NCBI GenBank assembly: GCA_963733095.1
Contig: CAVTBV010000010.1
Location: forward strand, 21,358-85,357
Direction: 5' to 3'
DNA from: Candidatus Bathyarchaeota archaeon
GTDB taxonomy: Archaea > Thermoproteota > Bathyarchaeia > Bathyarchaeales > Bathycorpusculaceae
Length of the DNA stretch: 64,000 bases
The translations under genes and the position numbers were made by a program. The number at the start of each line of letters is the position of its first letter. Position 1 is the first letter of the stretch. The notes beneath the pieces are model-generated. The model was given only the letters and a program-made list of their open reading frames with translations, had not been told where the DNA came from and ran no database searches. Shown here piece after piece: positions 29,179 through 38,669 of the stretch.

Positions 29179-29880
29179 ATGGCAACTGTTGATATAACTA
29201 AAAAATACTCGAATTTCTTTGCCCCAAGAACACAAATCTATGTAAACCAAGAAGACATACAAGAGAAATACGGGATAACAGCGTCTTTTGTAACCGTTGA
29301 AGAAGAGGCGGGTTCTAAAAGCAAATTTTCATTTTTCATAAATGACCCACAATGTGCGTGGATAAAAACTGGTTTGTTTGAACTAAAAAAGACGGTTCAA
29401 GTAAGAATGGGTTATGGAAACACACTCGAAACAGTTGCAACAGGAGAAATTACTTCTGTCAAATCGATTTTTCCAGCGAACGGTTCTCCGCAAATTGAAA
29501 TTGCGGGTGAAGCAAACGACACCATTGACAGCCCATTACCCGCAAGCAATTCACCTATGTACCCACTCTCTTACGGCGGGACATTGTACAGTTTTACTGC
29601 CCTAACTACAGCAACAGAACAAAACGGCACTGGAAAAATCTCAGCCACACAAGCGTCTACAGGCAAAATACAATGTACCGCTGAATGTATCGGATTGCCA
29701 GACATTAAAGTTGGAGGAATCGTTGCTTTAACTGGGCTAGCTACCAAGTTCAACCAGACCTACATCGTTGAAAAAGCACGTCATTCAATTGATAACTCGC
29801 TGGGGTTTAGAACCAAGTTTGAGGCGCGCTTGCAGCTGGAAAAAGTGTTGTTTCAACCGAAAATCGGAAGAGTTTTTTAA
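29179..29880 (+). CDS. phage late control D / contractile tail hub-like protein, short and orphan
   Basis: FFAPR..VQVRMGYGNTL..GEITSV..FPANGSPQIEIAG and IGLPDIKVG..LTGL..KFNQTYIVEKARHSI..GFRTKF. Confidence 0.65.
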   Translation: MATVDITKKYSNFFAPRTQIYVNQEDIQEKYGITASFVTVEEEAGSKSKFSFFINDPQCAWIKTGLFELKKTVQVRMGYGNTLETVATGEITSVKSIFPANGSPQIEIAGEANDTIDSPLPASNSPMYPLSYGGTLYSFTALTTATEQNGTGKISATQASTGKIQCTAECIGLPDIKVGGIVALTGLATKFNQTYIVEKARHSIDNSLGFRTKFEARLQLEKVLFQPKIGRVF

Positions 29881-30294
29881 CTTTAACGTTCAGTATTTGG
29901 TGAGCAAAAATGGGAAGATGCACCGCTACAAGAGGAGAACGCAGGATTGGTAGAACCATCTACAAACTTGGAAACAGCGTTGAGTTAAGCAACAAAGAAT
30001 GCAAAGCAAAGTTGTCGGAGCAGAAGTACAAGCAAAAAACACAGGCATCTAAGAGCATTGCGGATGACTCGCCAATCCAGAACTTACGTGATGCTTCAAA
30101 ATGGAAAAAAGAATAGGCAAAACTTAATGCGGCATATTTGGAATCCTATTAGAAATCATAGCAGAAAACTACAGAGGGTAGGTCGCGATTGGCATTTTGC
30201 GACCAAACATGATGAGGGCGTGCGTTGTGGTTGTTTGAAGGTAACCACACAGGCTTAATTGCTTAATCGCTCAGATTAGTATTGGTGAATATTT

Positions 30295-30603
30295 TTGTTG
30301 ACTGAAAACACGTTTGACCCCTTAGAGGTTGCAGGCAACGTTTACAAGTTAAAAATGGAGAACGACCGAGTTCGAGTGTTTGATGTTACCTTCAATATCG
30401 GTGAAAAAGCCGCAAGCCACAATCATCCTGACCACGTTGTTTACGTTCTTGAGGGTGGAAAAATGAAGCTGACTTCTGAGGGTAAAACCGAGGTTTTAGA
30501 TCTCATAGATGGCGACGTAATCTTTCTAAAGGCGCAGTCCCATGAAGCAGAAAACATTGGGCAATCAACCATCGAACTGTTGGTAGTTGAGCTAAAAAAA
30601 TAG
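30295..30603 (+). CDS. cupin domain protein
   Basis: ENDRVRV, HNHPDHVVYVLEGG, HEAENIG, VELK. Confidence 0.85.
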   Translation: MLTENTFDPLEVAGNVYKLKMENDRVRVFDVTFNIGEKAASHNHPDHVVYVLEGGKMKLTSEGKTEVLDLIDGDVIFLKAQSHEAENIGQSTIELLVVELKK

Positions 30604-30646
30604 CATAAAATAGCCAGTAAACTAATTATTTTTTTAGGGATTTTAT

Positions 30647-31006
30647 TTGGCAGCACCATTGAATCAGGAAAACGATTGGAACTATCGAAAAATAGACCAA
30701 CGATTAATTGTGATTAAGACAAAAAACGTGAACATCCGCAAGACGGCAGTTCTCGATGTTTTAACTAACTTATCATTCGGCGTGGAGGTGCCCGAAGACA
30801 TTTCCATGGATGAGTTGCAGCCTGAAAAAGAATATTTAGCGCATCTAAAAGTTTACACATCAAAGAGCCTTGCAGGAGTCGATAAAGATTTCGCTAATTT
30901 CTTCGACTCCATAGACGTGGACCAAGCTACGGAAGATTTCATTAAGGCTTACTGGGTATACCCAAGCAAAATACGCTTCGAACTATCCGACCTCGAAGAG
31001 CCCTAA
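30647..31006 (+). CDS. hypothetical protein
   Basis: 119-aa ORF with protein-like composition. Confidence 0.55.
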   Translation: MAAPLNQENDWNYRKIDQRLIVIKTKNVNIRKTAVLDVLTNLSFGVEVPEDISMDELQPEKEYLAHLKVYTSKSLAGVDKDFANFFDSIDVDQATEDFIKAYWVYPSKIRFELSDLEEP

Positions 31007-31536
31007 GCAACGTTTGGAGGATTAGCTGTAAACGTTACAGTTCCAGTAATGCCAGCCAATGCTCCGGCAGATAACTCATAAACCATTACATATTGGTCTG
31101 GAATCGCAGGCACATGTTTAACTCCAAAGAGTACAGATGACATAAAACCGAATCTGCCATAAAATTCGGGGTCTCCGACCACAAAGACATTTGTATACCC
31201 CAAACTTTTTGCTAACTCAAAACTTGCCCTAACTAATTCAGATCCAATTCCTCGTTTACGATGATCTAATGCGACAGAAAGAGGCGCCAACAAAAGAGAT
31301 TCAACTTTTAAGTTATTATCCGTTGTAATGTAGGTTTTAGTCAGCATAATATGGCCGATAATTTTTGAGTCTTCCTCCGTTACCAATGCAAGTTCAGGAA
31401 GATAGTTAACGGTGGCACGAAGTTTGCCTACATATTCTTGCTCATTTCCATCAGCCACTTTGGCCGTTTGAAAAGCAACTTTAACCAAATTATAGATGCT
31501 TTGAAAATCGGAGAGCTTTTCTTGTCTAATAATCAA
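31003..31536 (-). CDS. GNAT N-acetyltransferase (YhbS-like)
   Basis: LLLAPLSV..HRKRGIGSEL, VVGDPEFYGRFGF. Confidence 0.88.
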   Translation of the reverse strand: MIIRQEKLSDFQSIYNLVKVAFQTAKVADGNEQEYVGKLRATVNYLPELALVTEEDSKIIGHIMLTKTYITTDNNLKVESLLLAPLSVALDHRKRGIGSELVRASFELAKSLGYTNVFVVGDPEFYGRFGFMSSVLFGVKHVPAIPDQYVMVYELSAGALAGITGTVTFTANPPNVA

Positions 31537-31574
31537 ATCTTAAACCTCGCAAAAGAAAAAAAGAAATGGCTGAT

Positions 31575-32480
31575 TTATCTCAGCACCATGTTGACGAATT
31601 TTTCTGGGTTAAACAGCTCTAGGTCCTTGTAGGTTTGTCCGACACCGATGAACAGGATTGGTTTTTGCGTCACGAAGGTTACGCTTAGGGCTGAGCCACC
31701 TTTTACGTCGGCATCCACTTTGGTGAGTATTGTTGCGTCGACACCGATGGCTTTGTTGAATTCTTCCGCCTGCATAACCGCGTCGTTTCCAATTAGTGAA
31801 TCCACCACAAAAACCGTCAAGTCAGGACGCACCACCCGTTTAACCTTGACGAGTTCATTCATCAGGTTCTGGTTAGTCTGCATTCTACCCGCCGTATCGA
31901 TTAAAACTATGTTGGTTCCGTGTGCTTTTGCGTGGCTCACAGCGTCGAAAGCGACTGCTGCAGGGTCACCGCCATAAATGCTTCTAACCACACGCATACC
32001 TAACCGTTTACCATGTTCCTCTAACTGTTCAATGGAGCCAGCACGGTAAGTGTCTGCGGCAGCGAGCAAAACCGAGTAGCTCTTGTCCCGCAGAAACTGC
32101 GCCACTTTGGCAATGGTTGTGGTTTTTCCTGTACCGTTAATGCCTACAAACATTAGAACGAATGGCTCTTTCTTTTTGCGTTTCTCATCTGCCAACTTTA
32201 GCAAATCGATTCTAGCATTCGTTAACATGACATCCAAAAGAACCTGCCGAAGGTTATCTTCAACAATTTTTTTTCGGTCATCGAGACGTTTAACTTGAAC
32301 ACCTGCCAAACGCTTTTCCAATTCATCACAGATTTTATCCGCCACAGGAAAAGCAACATCGTTCTCGGCAAGACTCATCTTAAAATCAGATAAAATAGGA
32401 GATAGATTTTCGGTTTTAAGCTCAGTTGTGGTTACCTTATTTACTAAACCTTTGAACCCAGACTTGAGCTTGTCAAACAT
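31575..32480 (-). CDS. ftsY: signal recognition particle receptor
   Basis: GINGTGKTTT, DTYRAG, DTAGR, TKVD..KGG. Confidence 0.96.
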   Translation of the reverse strand: MFDKLKSGFKGLVNKVTTTELKTENLSPILSDFKMSLAENDVAFPVADKICDELEKRLAGVQVKRLDDRKKIVEDNLRQVLLDVMLTNARIDLLKLADEKRKKKEPFVLMFVGINGTGKTTTIAKVAQFLRDKSYSVLLAAADTYRAGSIEQLEEHGKRLGMRVVRSIYGGDPAAVAFDAVSHAKAHGTNIVLIDTAGRMQTNQNLMNELVKVKRVVRPDLTVFVVDSLIGNDAVMQAEEFNKAIGVDATILTKVDADVKGGSALSVTFVTQKPILFIGVGQTYKDLELFNPEKFVNMVLR

Positions 32481-32484
32481 CTAG

Positions 32485-32925
32485 TTACTGATTCCCTTGT
32501 CGTGCGCTTGCAAGCAGGTTTTCAAGTCTGCTTCTGCCAGTGTTGATGCGTTCGGCTACTTGACTAAACTGCTGCTGTGCGGCGTGCATGGTTTTCTCGA
32601 GTTCGTCTAAGCGTTCTTTGAGGGTTGCCTTTGCTTCTGGAAGGGTTTTCTCGACTGACACACCTGAACCCATACCTATGATTACTTTGTTTGTGTCTGC
32701 AAGCTTAACTTTAACGTAAGAGCTTCCGCCGATTGGTATGAGCATCTCAGAGTTTTCTTGTTCTTTTTCCATACCGTCTAAGGTCATGTTCGCATAGTTT
32801 ATGTCTGTTAGTGCAGCGTTTACCATGCTGATGCGTTGCTGTAGAGCTTCAGCGGTTTGTTCTAGATAACGCATTTCCATGCTGAGTCTTCGAAGTTCCT
32901 CTTCAGCTTGAGCTCTTTGCGCCAA
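32485..32925 (-). CDS. pfdA: prefoldin subunit alpha
   Basis: Coiled coils flanking LIPIGGSSYV and IIGMGSGVSVEK; conserved synteny. Confidence 0.92.
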   Translation of the reverse strand: MAQRAQAEEELRRLSMEMRYLEQTAEALQQRISMVNAALTDINYANMTLDGMEKEQENSEMLIPIGGSSYVKVKLADTNKVIIGMGSGVSVEKTLPEAKATLKERLDELEKTMHAAQQQFSQVAERINTGRSRLENLLASARQGNQ

Positions 32926-32928
32926 GTA

Positions 32929-33156
32929 CTATGCCTCGCTTACAATTTTTTTCAAGATTGGATTTTGGATTTCATCCACTGAAATTTCAGTTGAGCTTAT
33001 GATTTTGATATGGTGCCTTTTTACGCGGTGTCTGCTGCCTATTTCAGCATAGACTTTTTCGACGGCGTGTTCGCTTTTGTCGGCTAAGAGTTCTTTAACG
33101 AACGGAGTGGATAGTCGTGGCTTGTTGATTTGGCCAGTTACTTTGAAAGCTTTCAT
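32929..33156 (-). CDS. rplX: 50S ribosomal protein LX/L18Ae
   Basis: MKAFKVTG, AVEKVYAEIGSRHRVKR. Confidence 0.92.
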   Translation of the reverse strand: MKAFKVTGQINKPRLSTPFVKELLADKSEHAVEKVYAEIGSRHRVKRHHIKIISSTEISVDEIQNPILKKIVSEA

Positions 33157-33484
33157 TTTTCTTCGTCCTGCACAACATCCAGTGCGTTCCCAATTATAAA
33201 CGTATTCACCCAAAAAAGCACTCTGTTTTGGTGTTATATAATTTTAGCAAACTATTCTTCTCTTTATGTGAAAAGTGAAAATATGAAAAACAATTAACTA
33301 CTACTGCACCAGTTGACGGTTCGTAATTGCTTAATTTTTTTCCGTCATTATTTACAAACAGAAAAACGGTAGGTCTGGCTAAGAGCGTAACCTTAAAGAA
33401 CAAAGCAATGGGGAGAATCTAAAATGGCACAGAAGCATTAAATTAACCTTTAGAAAAATAAACTCTACAAGTTAGCGGTGGTTA

Positions 33485-35383
33485 ATGCCGAAAAAAGCTT
33501 TAAATAAAATACAAATTACAACGCTTTCTCTGGCTGTTCTCTTGATTCTCAGTTGTTTTGTTGGCCCCAACTTTGCAGGGTCACAAACAACTAATTTTTC
33601 AAGTCAATCAACTGGTTCTGCATCTATCATTGAGGCTTTAATAAACAGCGTTAATGCCCATGGCGGTTGGAACAGTAGCCTCCAAACGATTTATGATGGA
33701 ATTACGTTAGGTCAAACTACGGTTACCCAGCTTCAAAATGCTGTAGACTCAATTAACATAACATCTACGTCGGCGGCTGAAACAGTGTTTTACTGGTATC
33801 TTCAGCTAAACAAACTCGGCGTTAGCATCAATGAGACAACAATAGAGACTGCGTTAGATAAGGTAACGATGCTACCAGATGTCGGCGGATTACTCTTCGA
33901 TTACTCTAACTCTGGAATAGCCTCTTTTCTGGTCTACAACCGCTACGATTTATATGCATACGAATGGGCTCACCAACTTGGCTTTGAAATAGCTAAGTGG
34001 AACTTGTCATTAGCATATTCAGTGTTTAACAATAGTGTGGCTGCTTATGGTAAACCGGTTCTTTGCGTTGGGTCTAACCAAGTTGGCTGGGGCATAGGGT
34101 ATGGACCCAGATACTACGATGAGACCGCCGAGACGATTGATATGTACCTGACCTTTTGGTTACTGGGCATAGATGATGGGTTGACGCAAGCCGAGTACTG
34201 GTGGAATTGGGAGAACGCCAATCTTTGGGTGAACTCGGACAATTCAAGTGGAGGATACTACAAATATGCTATTAATTGGACCACCTTTGAATGTGAGGCG
34301 GGTGGATTTGACCAGATTGTTTGGAAACTCCATTATTTCGACCCATCAATAACCAACGTGACCAATTTGCTTACTGATGTGGAAACCAGAGCCCTCAGCC
34401 AAGGCTGGGATAGCCCACAATGGGCTGACTACGTTGTTGTGCATGCAACAGAAAACTCGCAACAGCGGCTCGAGAACACTATAATGTCGTGGGGCGCCAT
34501 GCTTGGACTCTACAGTAACATGAACAGCACGATGCAAAGTCAAGTACAGGCCTTTTTAGATGGCTCAGCGGGTTCAGCTCCAGCTTGGAATTTAACGTTA
34601 CAGAGTAAATTGTATGATAATTCCACAGGAATGTTCAGGATACATTCTGATGGTTCAGATAGTACAGAAGCCACTGCGGACGGTGCTGTCTTGTTAATGA
34701 TGCTATCCACTGTTCCTGTGACGGGTTCCTTAGCTGTGCCCCTAGGAGACTGCGTTTATCAAGATATTAACAACGTAATCGACGGCGATATCAGCCACAT
34801 AAACTTGACAAATAAAACAGTAACAATAAGCGTTGCTGTACCAGGAACATTCCTCTCGATGTTTGGAACCAACATTTTCGAGTACACTTTAGACAGCCCA
34901 GGGGTTTGGCAGATAATATTTGATGGTGACTGGAACAGCATCACTTCTAAAACTCTTATCTCTGAATTGCCTAGTTCAAGAATTTATCTTGGGATGGTAA
35001 ATTCAACAGAACTTAACCCTACCCCGACGCCAACTTTGACAGCTTCTCCCACACCTACATCATCGCCTTCACCAACTCCAAGCCCAACACCAACATCTAC
35101 TCCATCACCCACACCCACTCTTGATCCGATCATTAACCAAATACCAAGAATCCCAACACCACCAATAAGTTATACAGAACCATCCCCAACGCCCAAACTT
35201 ATCTCAACAACAACACCCACAAGCACAATAACAACCACCCCAACGCAACCAACAACTCCAACCGCCACAAGCGCACCCACTCATAACCCCGTAGCTTTTC
35301 CTTCAACCACTATTGCATTAGCAACAATTTTAGTAGTTACAATATTAGCAGTATCGGCATACATTAAGAAACGCATTAAATAG
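33485..35383 (+). CDS. secreted, membrane-anchored protein with Pro/Thr linker; function unknown
   Basis: N-terminal signal-like segment, aromatic-rich core, PT repeats, C-terminal TM + KKRIK. Confidence 0.75.
   Translation: MPKKALNKIQITTLSLAVLLILSCFVGPNFAGSQTTNFSSQSTGSASIIEALINSVNAHGGWNSSLQTIYDGITLGQTTVTQLQNAVDSINITSTSAAETVFYWYLQLNKLGVSINETTIETALDKVTMLPDVGGLLFDYSNSGIASFLVYNRYDLYAYEWAHQLGFEIAKWNLSLAYSVFNNSVAAYGKPVLCVGSNQVGWGIGYGPRYYDETAETIDMYLTFWLLGIDDGLTQAEYWWNWENANLWVNSDNSSGGYYKYAINWTTFECEAGGFDQIVWKLHYFDPSITNVTNLLTDVETRALSQGWDSPQWADYVVVHATENSQQRLENTIMSWGAMLGLYSNMNSTMQSQVQAFLDGSAGSAPAWNLTLQSKLYDNSTGMFRIHSDGSDSTEATADGAVLLMMLSTVPVTGSLAVPLGDCVYQDINNVIDGDISHINLTNKTVTISVAVPGTFLSMFGTNIFEYTLDSPGVWQIIFDGDWNSITSKTLISELPSSRIYLGMVNSTELNPTPTPTLTASPTPTSSPSPTPSPTPTSTPSPTPTLDPIINQIPRIPTPPISYTEPSPTPKLISTTTPTSTITTTPTQPTTPTATSAPTHNPVAFPSTTIALATILVVTILAVSAYIKKRIK
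35017..35290 (+). repeat. low-complexity Pro/Thr/Ser linker-coding repeats
   Basis: PTPTPTLTASPTPTSSPSPTPSPTPT... Confidence 0.7.
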
Positions 35384-35455
35384 AAAACAAAGTTTGACGT
35401 GTGGGCAACAAGGAAAAAACACTTTAGTTTCTTGTTGTCCGCAGCGGCATCTAAC

Positions 35456-36124
35456 TTATTGAGTGCCTAAAGCATTCTCAATTATGAACATCTCAGGTCC
35501 AGTTGTCATAGAACCTGCAACGGCTGCATGACTATTCGCTAACAGGCCTGTGCCAACATATGGAACTCCACAGTTTACGGTTCCTACGTCAACGGGGACT
35601 TTGAACATGTTTTCCAAGATTTTTCGCTCCTCATCCTTCAGCAACGGGTGAGCAAGTACGCCTTTGTTTGTGGCTACAGCTAAAGAGCCAACGTAGGGCA
35701 ACCCAGCGATTTCGGCAGGCACTACTTCTACGCCTAAGGCCGCTGAGATTTTTTTGATTTCGGTTTCTTTGAACCGTGGGTCAACAACTGCACCTTTGTC
35801 GTTTGTTAAAATTAGGTTGCCGTAAGCTGTTTTCTTGGAATCCATAATGGTGATGTTGCCTTCGAAAACCAATCGTAGCGCTGCCAATTCTTCCTCCCGA
35901 ATTGCATGCGAAACTAACATACCGTGGGAGTTTGCACACACTAATGATCCAGCCAAAACTGAGCCCGAAATAGAGGTGTAGGCAAGCTTCACTTTTAGCC
36001 AATCTGCGAACTCTTGGGCTTTATCTAGGGGCACCATCCGAGGAATCAAGACTAAGTTCTCGGTTGCCAGCGAATACACGCCTATGCTTGCGCTTCCAAC
36101 TATGCTTGATAAGTAAACGGTCAA
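35456..36124 (-). CDS. eif6: translation initiation factor 6
   Basis: GNLILTNDKGAVV, VGSLAVATNKG, GTVNCG, TTGPE. Confidence 0.95.
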   Translation of the reverse strand: MTVYLSSIVGSASIGVYSLATENLVLIPRMVPLDKAQEFADWLKVKLAYTSISGSVLAGSLVCANSHGMLVSHAIREEELAALRLVFEGNITIMDSKKTAYGNLILTNDKGAVVDPRFKETEIKKISAALGVEVVPAEIAGLPYVGSLAVATNKGVLAHPLLKDEERKILENMFKVPVDVGTVNCGVPYVGTGLLANSHAAVAGSMTTGPEMFIIENALGTQ

Positions 36125-36361
36125 GAATTAAATCTCCTGATGAATGTTGTGTTAGCGAAAGTTTCATGCGATACTCCTTTTTTTAGATTGCGGTTAATAA
36201 AGCATTAAAATGTTTTAGAAGGATCAGGGAAGAGCCTCTTGAAATTCTTATGGGGAATCCCGTATTGACGGTTTTCTGAGACATTAATTTGTTGAGAATT
36301 AGTGCGTAAGCAGAGAATTCTCTTTGCATAGAATAAAACAAAATAAAAGATAAAGAAACAG

Positions 36362-36841
36362 CTATTGTGTTTCTGCGAGGTAGACGGTTACGTTGCCGTC
36401 TTTGTCTTTGGTCACGCGGGTTTTGATCTTGCGTGGAGGCTTCTCGATTCCTCTGTCCCAAACCTTCTCGTTTACTTCTTTGCTGATGATCAGTTGAGGC
36501 AGTTCTTCTTCTTCCTCTTCTTCAGAAACCTTCATGGCAAGTTTCATGTGTTTGGTTACAAAGATTTTTATGAGTTGCATAGCGCGTGGGGCACGTTTCT
36601 TTGGTGGACGCACCAAAGCTCTTGATAGGGGGATGGTGTAGAATCTTTCTTCGACGATTTCTTCTTCTTTCTTCTTTTTCTTGGGCTTTTCTTCTGCTAC
36701 AGCCTCTTCTTCTGCTGGCACAGCTTCAGGTTGAGCCTGCTCTTTTGTAACGACTTCAGTGCCAGGTTCCTCTTCTGGTAGAGCTAACTCTTCTAATTCT
36801 TCTTCTTTTGGTACTTGCTTAACTTTAGTTTCATTCGCCAT
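36362..36841 (-). CDS. rpl31e: 50S ribosomal protein L31e with acidic N-terminal extension
   Basis: ERFYTIPL, RAPRA, VNEKVWDRGIEKPPRKI. Confidence 0.93.
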   Translation of the reverse strand: MANETKVKQVPKEEELEELALPEEEPGTEVVTKEQAQPEAVPAEEEAVAEEKPKKKKKEEEIVEERFYTIPLSRALVRPPKKRAPRAMQLIKIFVTKHMKLAMKVSEEEEEEELPQLIISKEVNEKVWDRGIEKPPRKIKTRVTKDKDGNVTVYLAETQ

Positions 36842-36856
36842 GGCTTCCTAATTCTC

Positions 36857-37015
36857 CTATGCTCTTATCTTTCTGGTTCTCCAGTTGCGTCTCTGCTTAG
36901 GGTTATTCCTAACTTTACCGTCAGTTCTGGCGATTACCCATGTTGGAACAGACTGTGATTCTTTGCCAGCTTTGGCTAATCTGAGTTTTTTTGCTGTTGG
37001 TTTAACTCTTGCCAT
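36857..37015 (-). CDS. rpl39e: 50S ribosomal protein L39e (52 aa, below ORF-track cutoff)
   Basis: Manual translation [52 protein letters not shown]. Confidence 0.93.
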   Translation of the reverse strand: MARVKPTAKKLRLAKAGKESQSVPTWVIARTDGKVRNNPKQRRNWRTRKIRA

Positions 37016-37018
37016 CTT

Positions 37019-37357
37019 CTATATCCTTCTGATTTTTGTCTCTCGCTTCCGTGATTGAAGCTGAACTAGGATTTGTTTGAGCTGTGCATCTGACAGTGGA
37101 ATGGGCAACTTTCCTGTCTGCGCCATCTCAATCAGTTGCATCTCAATGTTCTCAGCAAATTCTTTTTTAACCATTTTCAGGTTATTTAGCCTTTGCCGAG
37201 CTTCAGGCGCTAATATCTTAGCCATTAACGCCTGTTTTTGATCTTCCATCTGTTGTTCTGCTTGAGCTTGTCTTTGCTCGTCGCTCATGCGACGGTTCTG
37301 CATCGACAAAAGTTTTCGTTTACGGATCTGGTCAAGCTCGTCATCTGACATTGTCAC
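37019..37357 (-). CDS. DNA-binding protein, PDCD5/TFAR19 family
   Basis: ELDQIRKRKL, ILAPEARQRLNNL, conserved synteny. Confidence 0.9.
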   Translation of the reverse strand: MTMSDDELDQIRKRKLLSMQNRRMSDEQRQAQAEQQMEDQKQALMAKILAPEARQRLNNLKMVKKEFAENIEMQLIEMAQTGKLPIPLSDAQLKQILVQLQSRKRETKIRRI

Positions 37358-37821
37358 TATTCGCCTTGATACTTCTTGAGCTCAGGGACAGTTTTAATTA
37401 TTTCCTTTGACAGGTCTCCAGCTACTTCTTGGAGAAGCTTGCGTCCTTTTGGAGTCATGACTCTTCCTTTGGGCTTTGAAATCTGGATTAAACCTGCAGT
37501 TTCAAGCTGTTGGAGTGTCTTACGGATGCCGCTTCCACCTGCTTTTTTGACGCGGTCTGGTTTGCTGCCTCTGTTCTTTCTACCGCCGTATTCAGCGCGT
37601 AGTTTTTCGAGTCCGACTGGACCGTAAATGTATACTTTTCGGAGAATCGATGCGCTTCTGGTGTACCACCAGTCAGGGTTCTGTGGTGGCTTCTCAACCT
37701 GCATGCCTGTTTTAGCGAAGGCTGCCCATGGAAGAGGCTGAACTTCGTCAACGTTTTCCCTAAGGTACTTTGCTAAACGATCGATAAATTTTGAAGCTGG
37801 AACGTCATGAGGAGTTGTCAA
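37357..37821 (-). CDS. rps19e: 30S ribosomal protein S19e (start probably TTG 37821)
   Basis: WAAFAKTG, DWWYTRSASILRK, LQQLETAG. Confidence 0.95.
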   Translation of the reverse strand: MTTPHDVPASKFIDRLAKYLRENVDEVQPLPWAAFAKTGMQVEKPPQNPDWWYTRSASILRKVYIYGPVGLEKLRAEYGGRKNRGSKPDRVKKAGGSGIRKTLQQLETAGLIQISKPKGRVMTPKGRKLLQEVAGDLSKEIIKTVPELKKYQGE

Positions 37822-38009
37822 AGAGTCTCTATCCTTTGGTTTTTCCTTGCAGTTAAACAATGAAGCCTAATATAAATATTCTCTGAACAACTAGTGCTCG
37901 CAAAGACAATATTCCCGCGTATTTGCAGCCTTGAAGTCTGTAGAGAGCCAGCTTTTTTTCCATTGTAACGCTGACCGAAAGCAAAGTTAACAGAGGTTTG
38001 GACGCATAT

Positions 38010-38251
38010 TAATTGTTTTTCTATGCTTCTCGACTGGAATGACTTCAAAATATTTCTTCATCATATCCACCTTAGGCTTTGCCGTTTCTCTGCCTTCTCG
38101 TTTGAGCGCAAGTCTATAAATTTCATGGATTACTATGGCCGAGGTAAATCGTTTCCTGGACTTTTGCCCAAGTATCCTCTTATGCAAGGATTAATCCGTA
38201 GAGTAGAACAGGTCTGCAAAAAACCGCTTATCAATAAATTGCCTTATTCAT
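38010..38251 (-). pseudogene. truncated PIN-domain (VapC-like) toxin
   Basis: MNKAIY/D..RFF..FYS..SAIVIHEIYRLALKREGRETA..FEVIPV with frameshift and stop; directly follows the AbrB-like gene. Confidence 0.6.
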
Positions 38252-38289
38252 CTTCATGCCTTAGTTGGGCTATCTCTTTTTTTACTTCT

Positions 38290-38487
38290 TCAGGAGTCCA
38301 AACTGCGAATATGCCCCAGCATATCCCATATCGATTTTATAGGCTTCAACAATATGCCCTCAGCTGTTACCTTGACCTCAAGCTGTGTTCCTTCTTCTAT
38401 TTTGAGCTTCTTGCGAATTCCGACTTTATAGTAGTCTGACCTTTCTTTTACGATTATTTCATTTTCCATCTTTATCTCAAGTACCAC
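38290..38487 (-). CDS. AbrB/MazE/SpoVT-family antitoxin (C-terminus probably frameshifted)
   Basis: IRKKLKIEEGTQLEVKVTAEGILLKP. Confidence 0.7.
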   Translation of the reverse strand: MVLEIKMENEIIVKERSDYYKVGIRKKLKIEEGTQLEVKVTAEGILLKPIKSIWDMLGHIRSLDS

Positions 38488-38669
38488 TATTTGGAAGAAT
38501 TTTCATTTAAGCATGCCATCGATTCATTAAATCTTAGATCTGGAAGATGCATTATGAAAACAAAGTTCCACATATTCCAAACCTACGCAAAACAAAAAGT
38601 AAAACCAAAACAACTGCCAATTAATCTTTTTTTTCTTTGCGGGTGCGAAGGTTGCAGCGGCGTCTTTTT

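Noticed and set aside
35017-35290. Possible CRISPR or tandem DNA repeat
   Set aside because: Degenerate codon-level Pro/Thr linker inside an ORF; no repeat-spacer structure and no cas genes.
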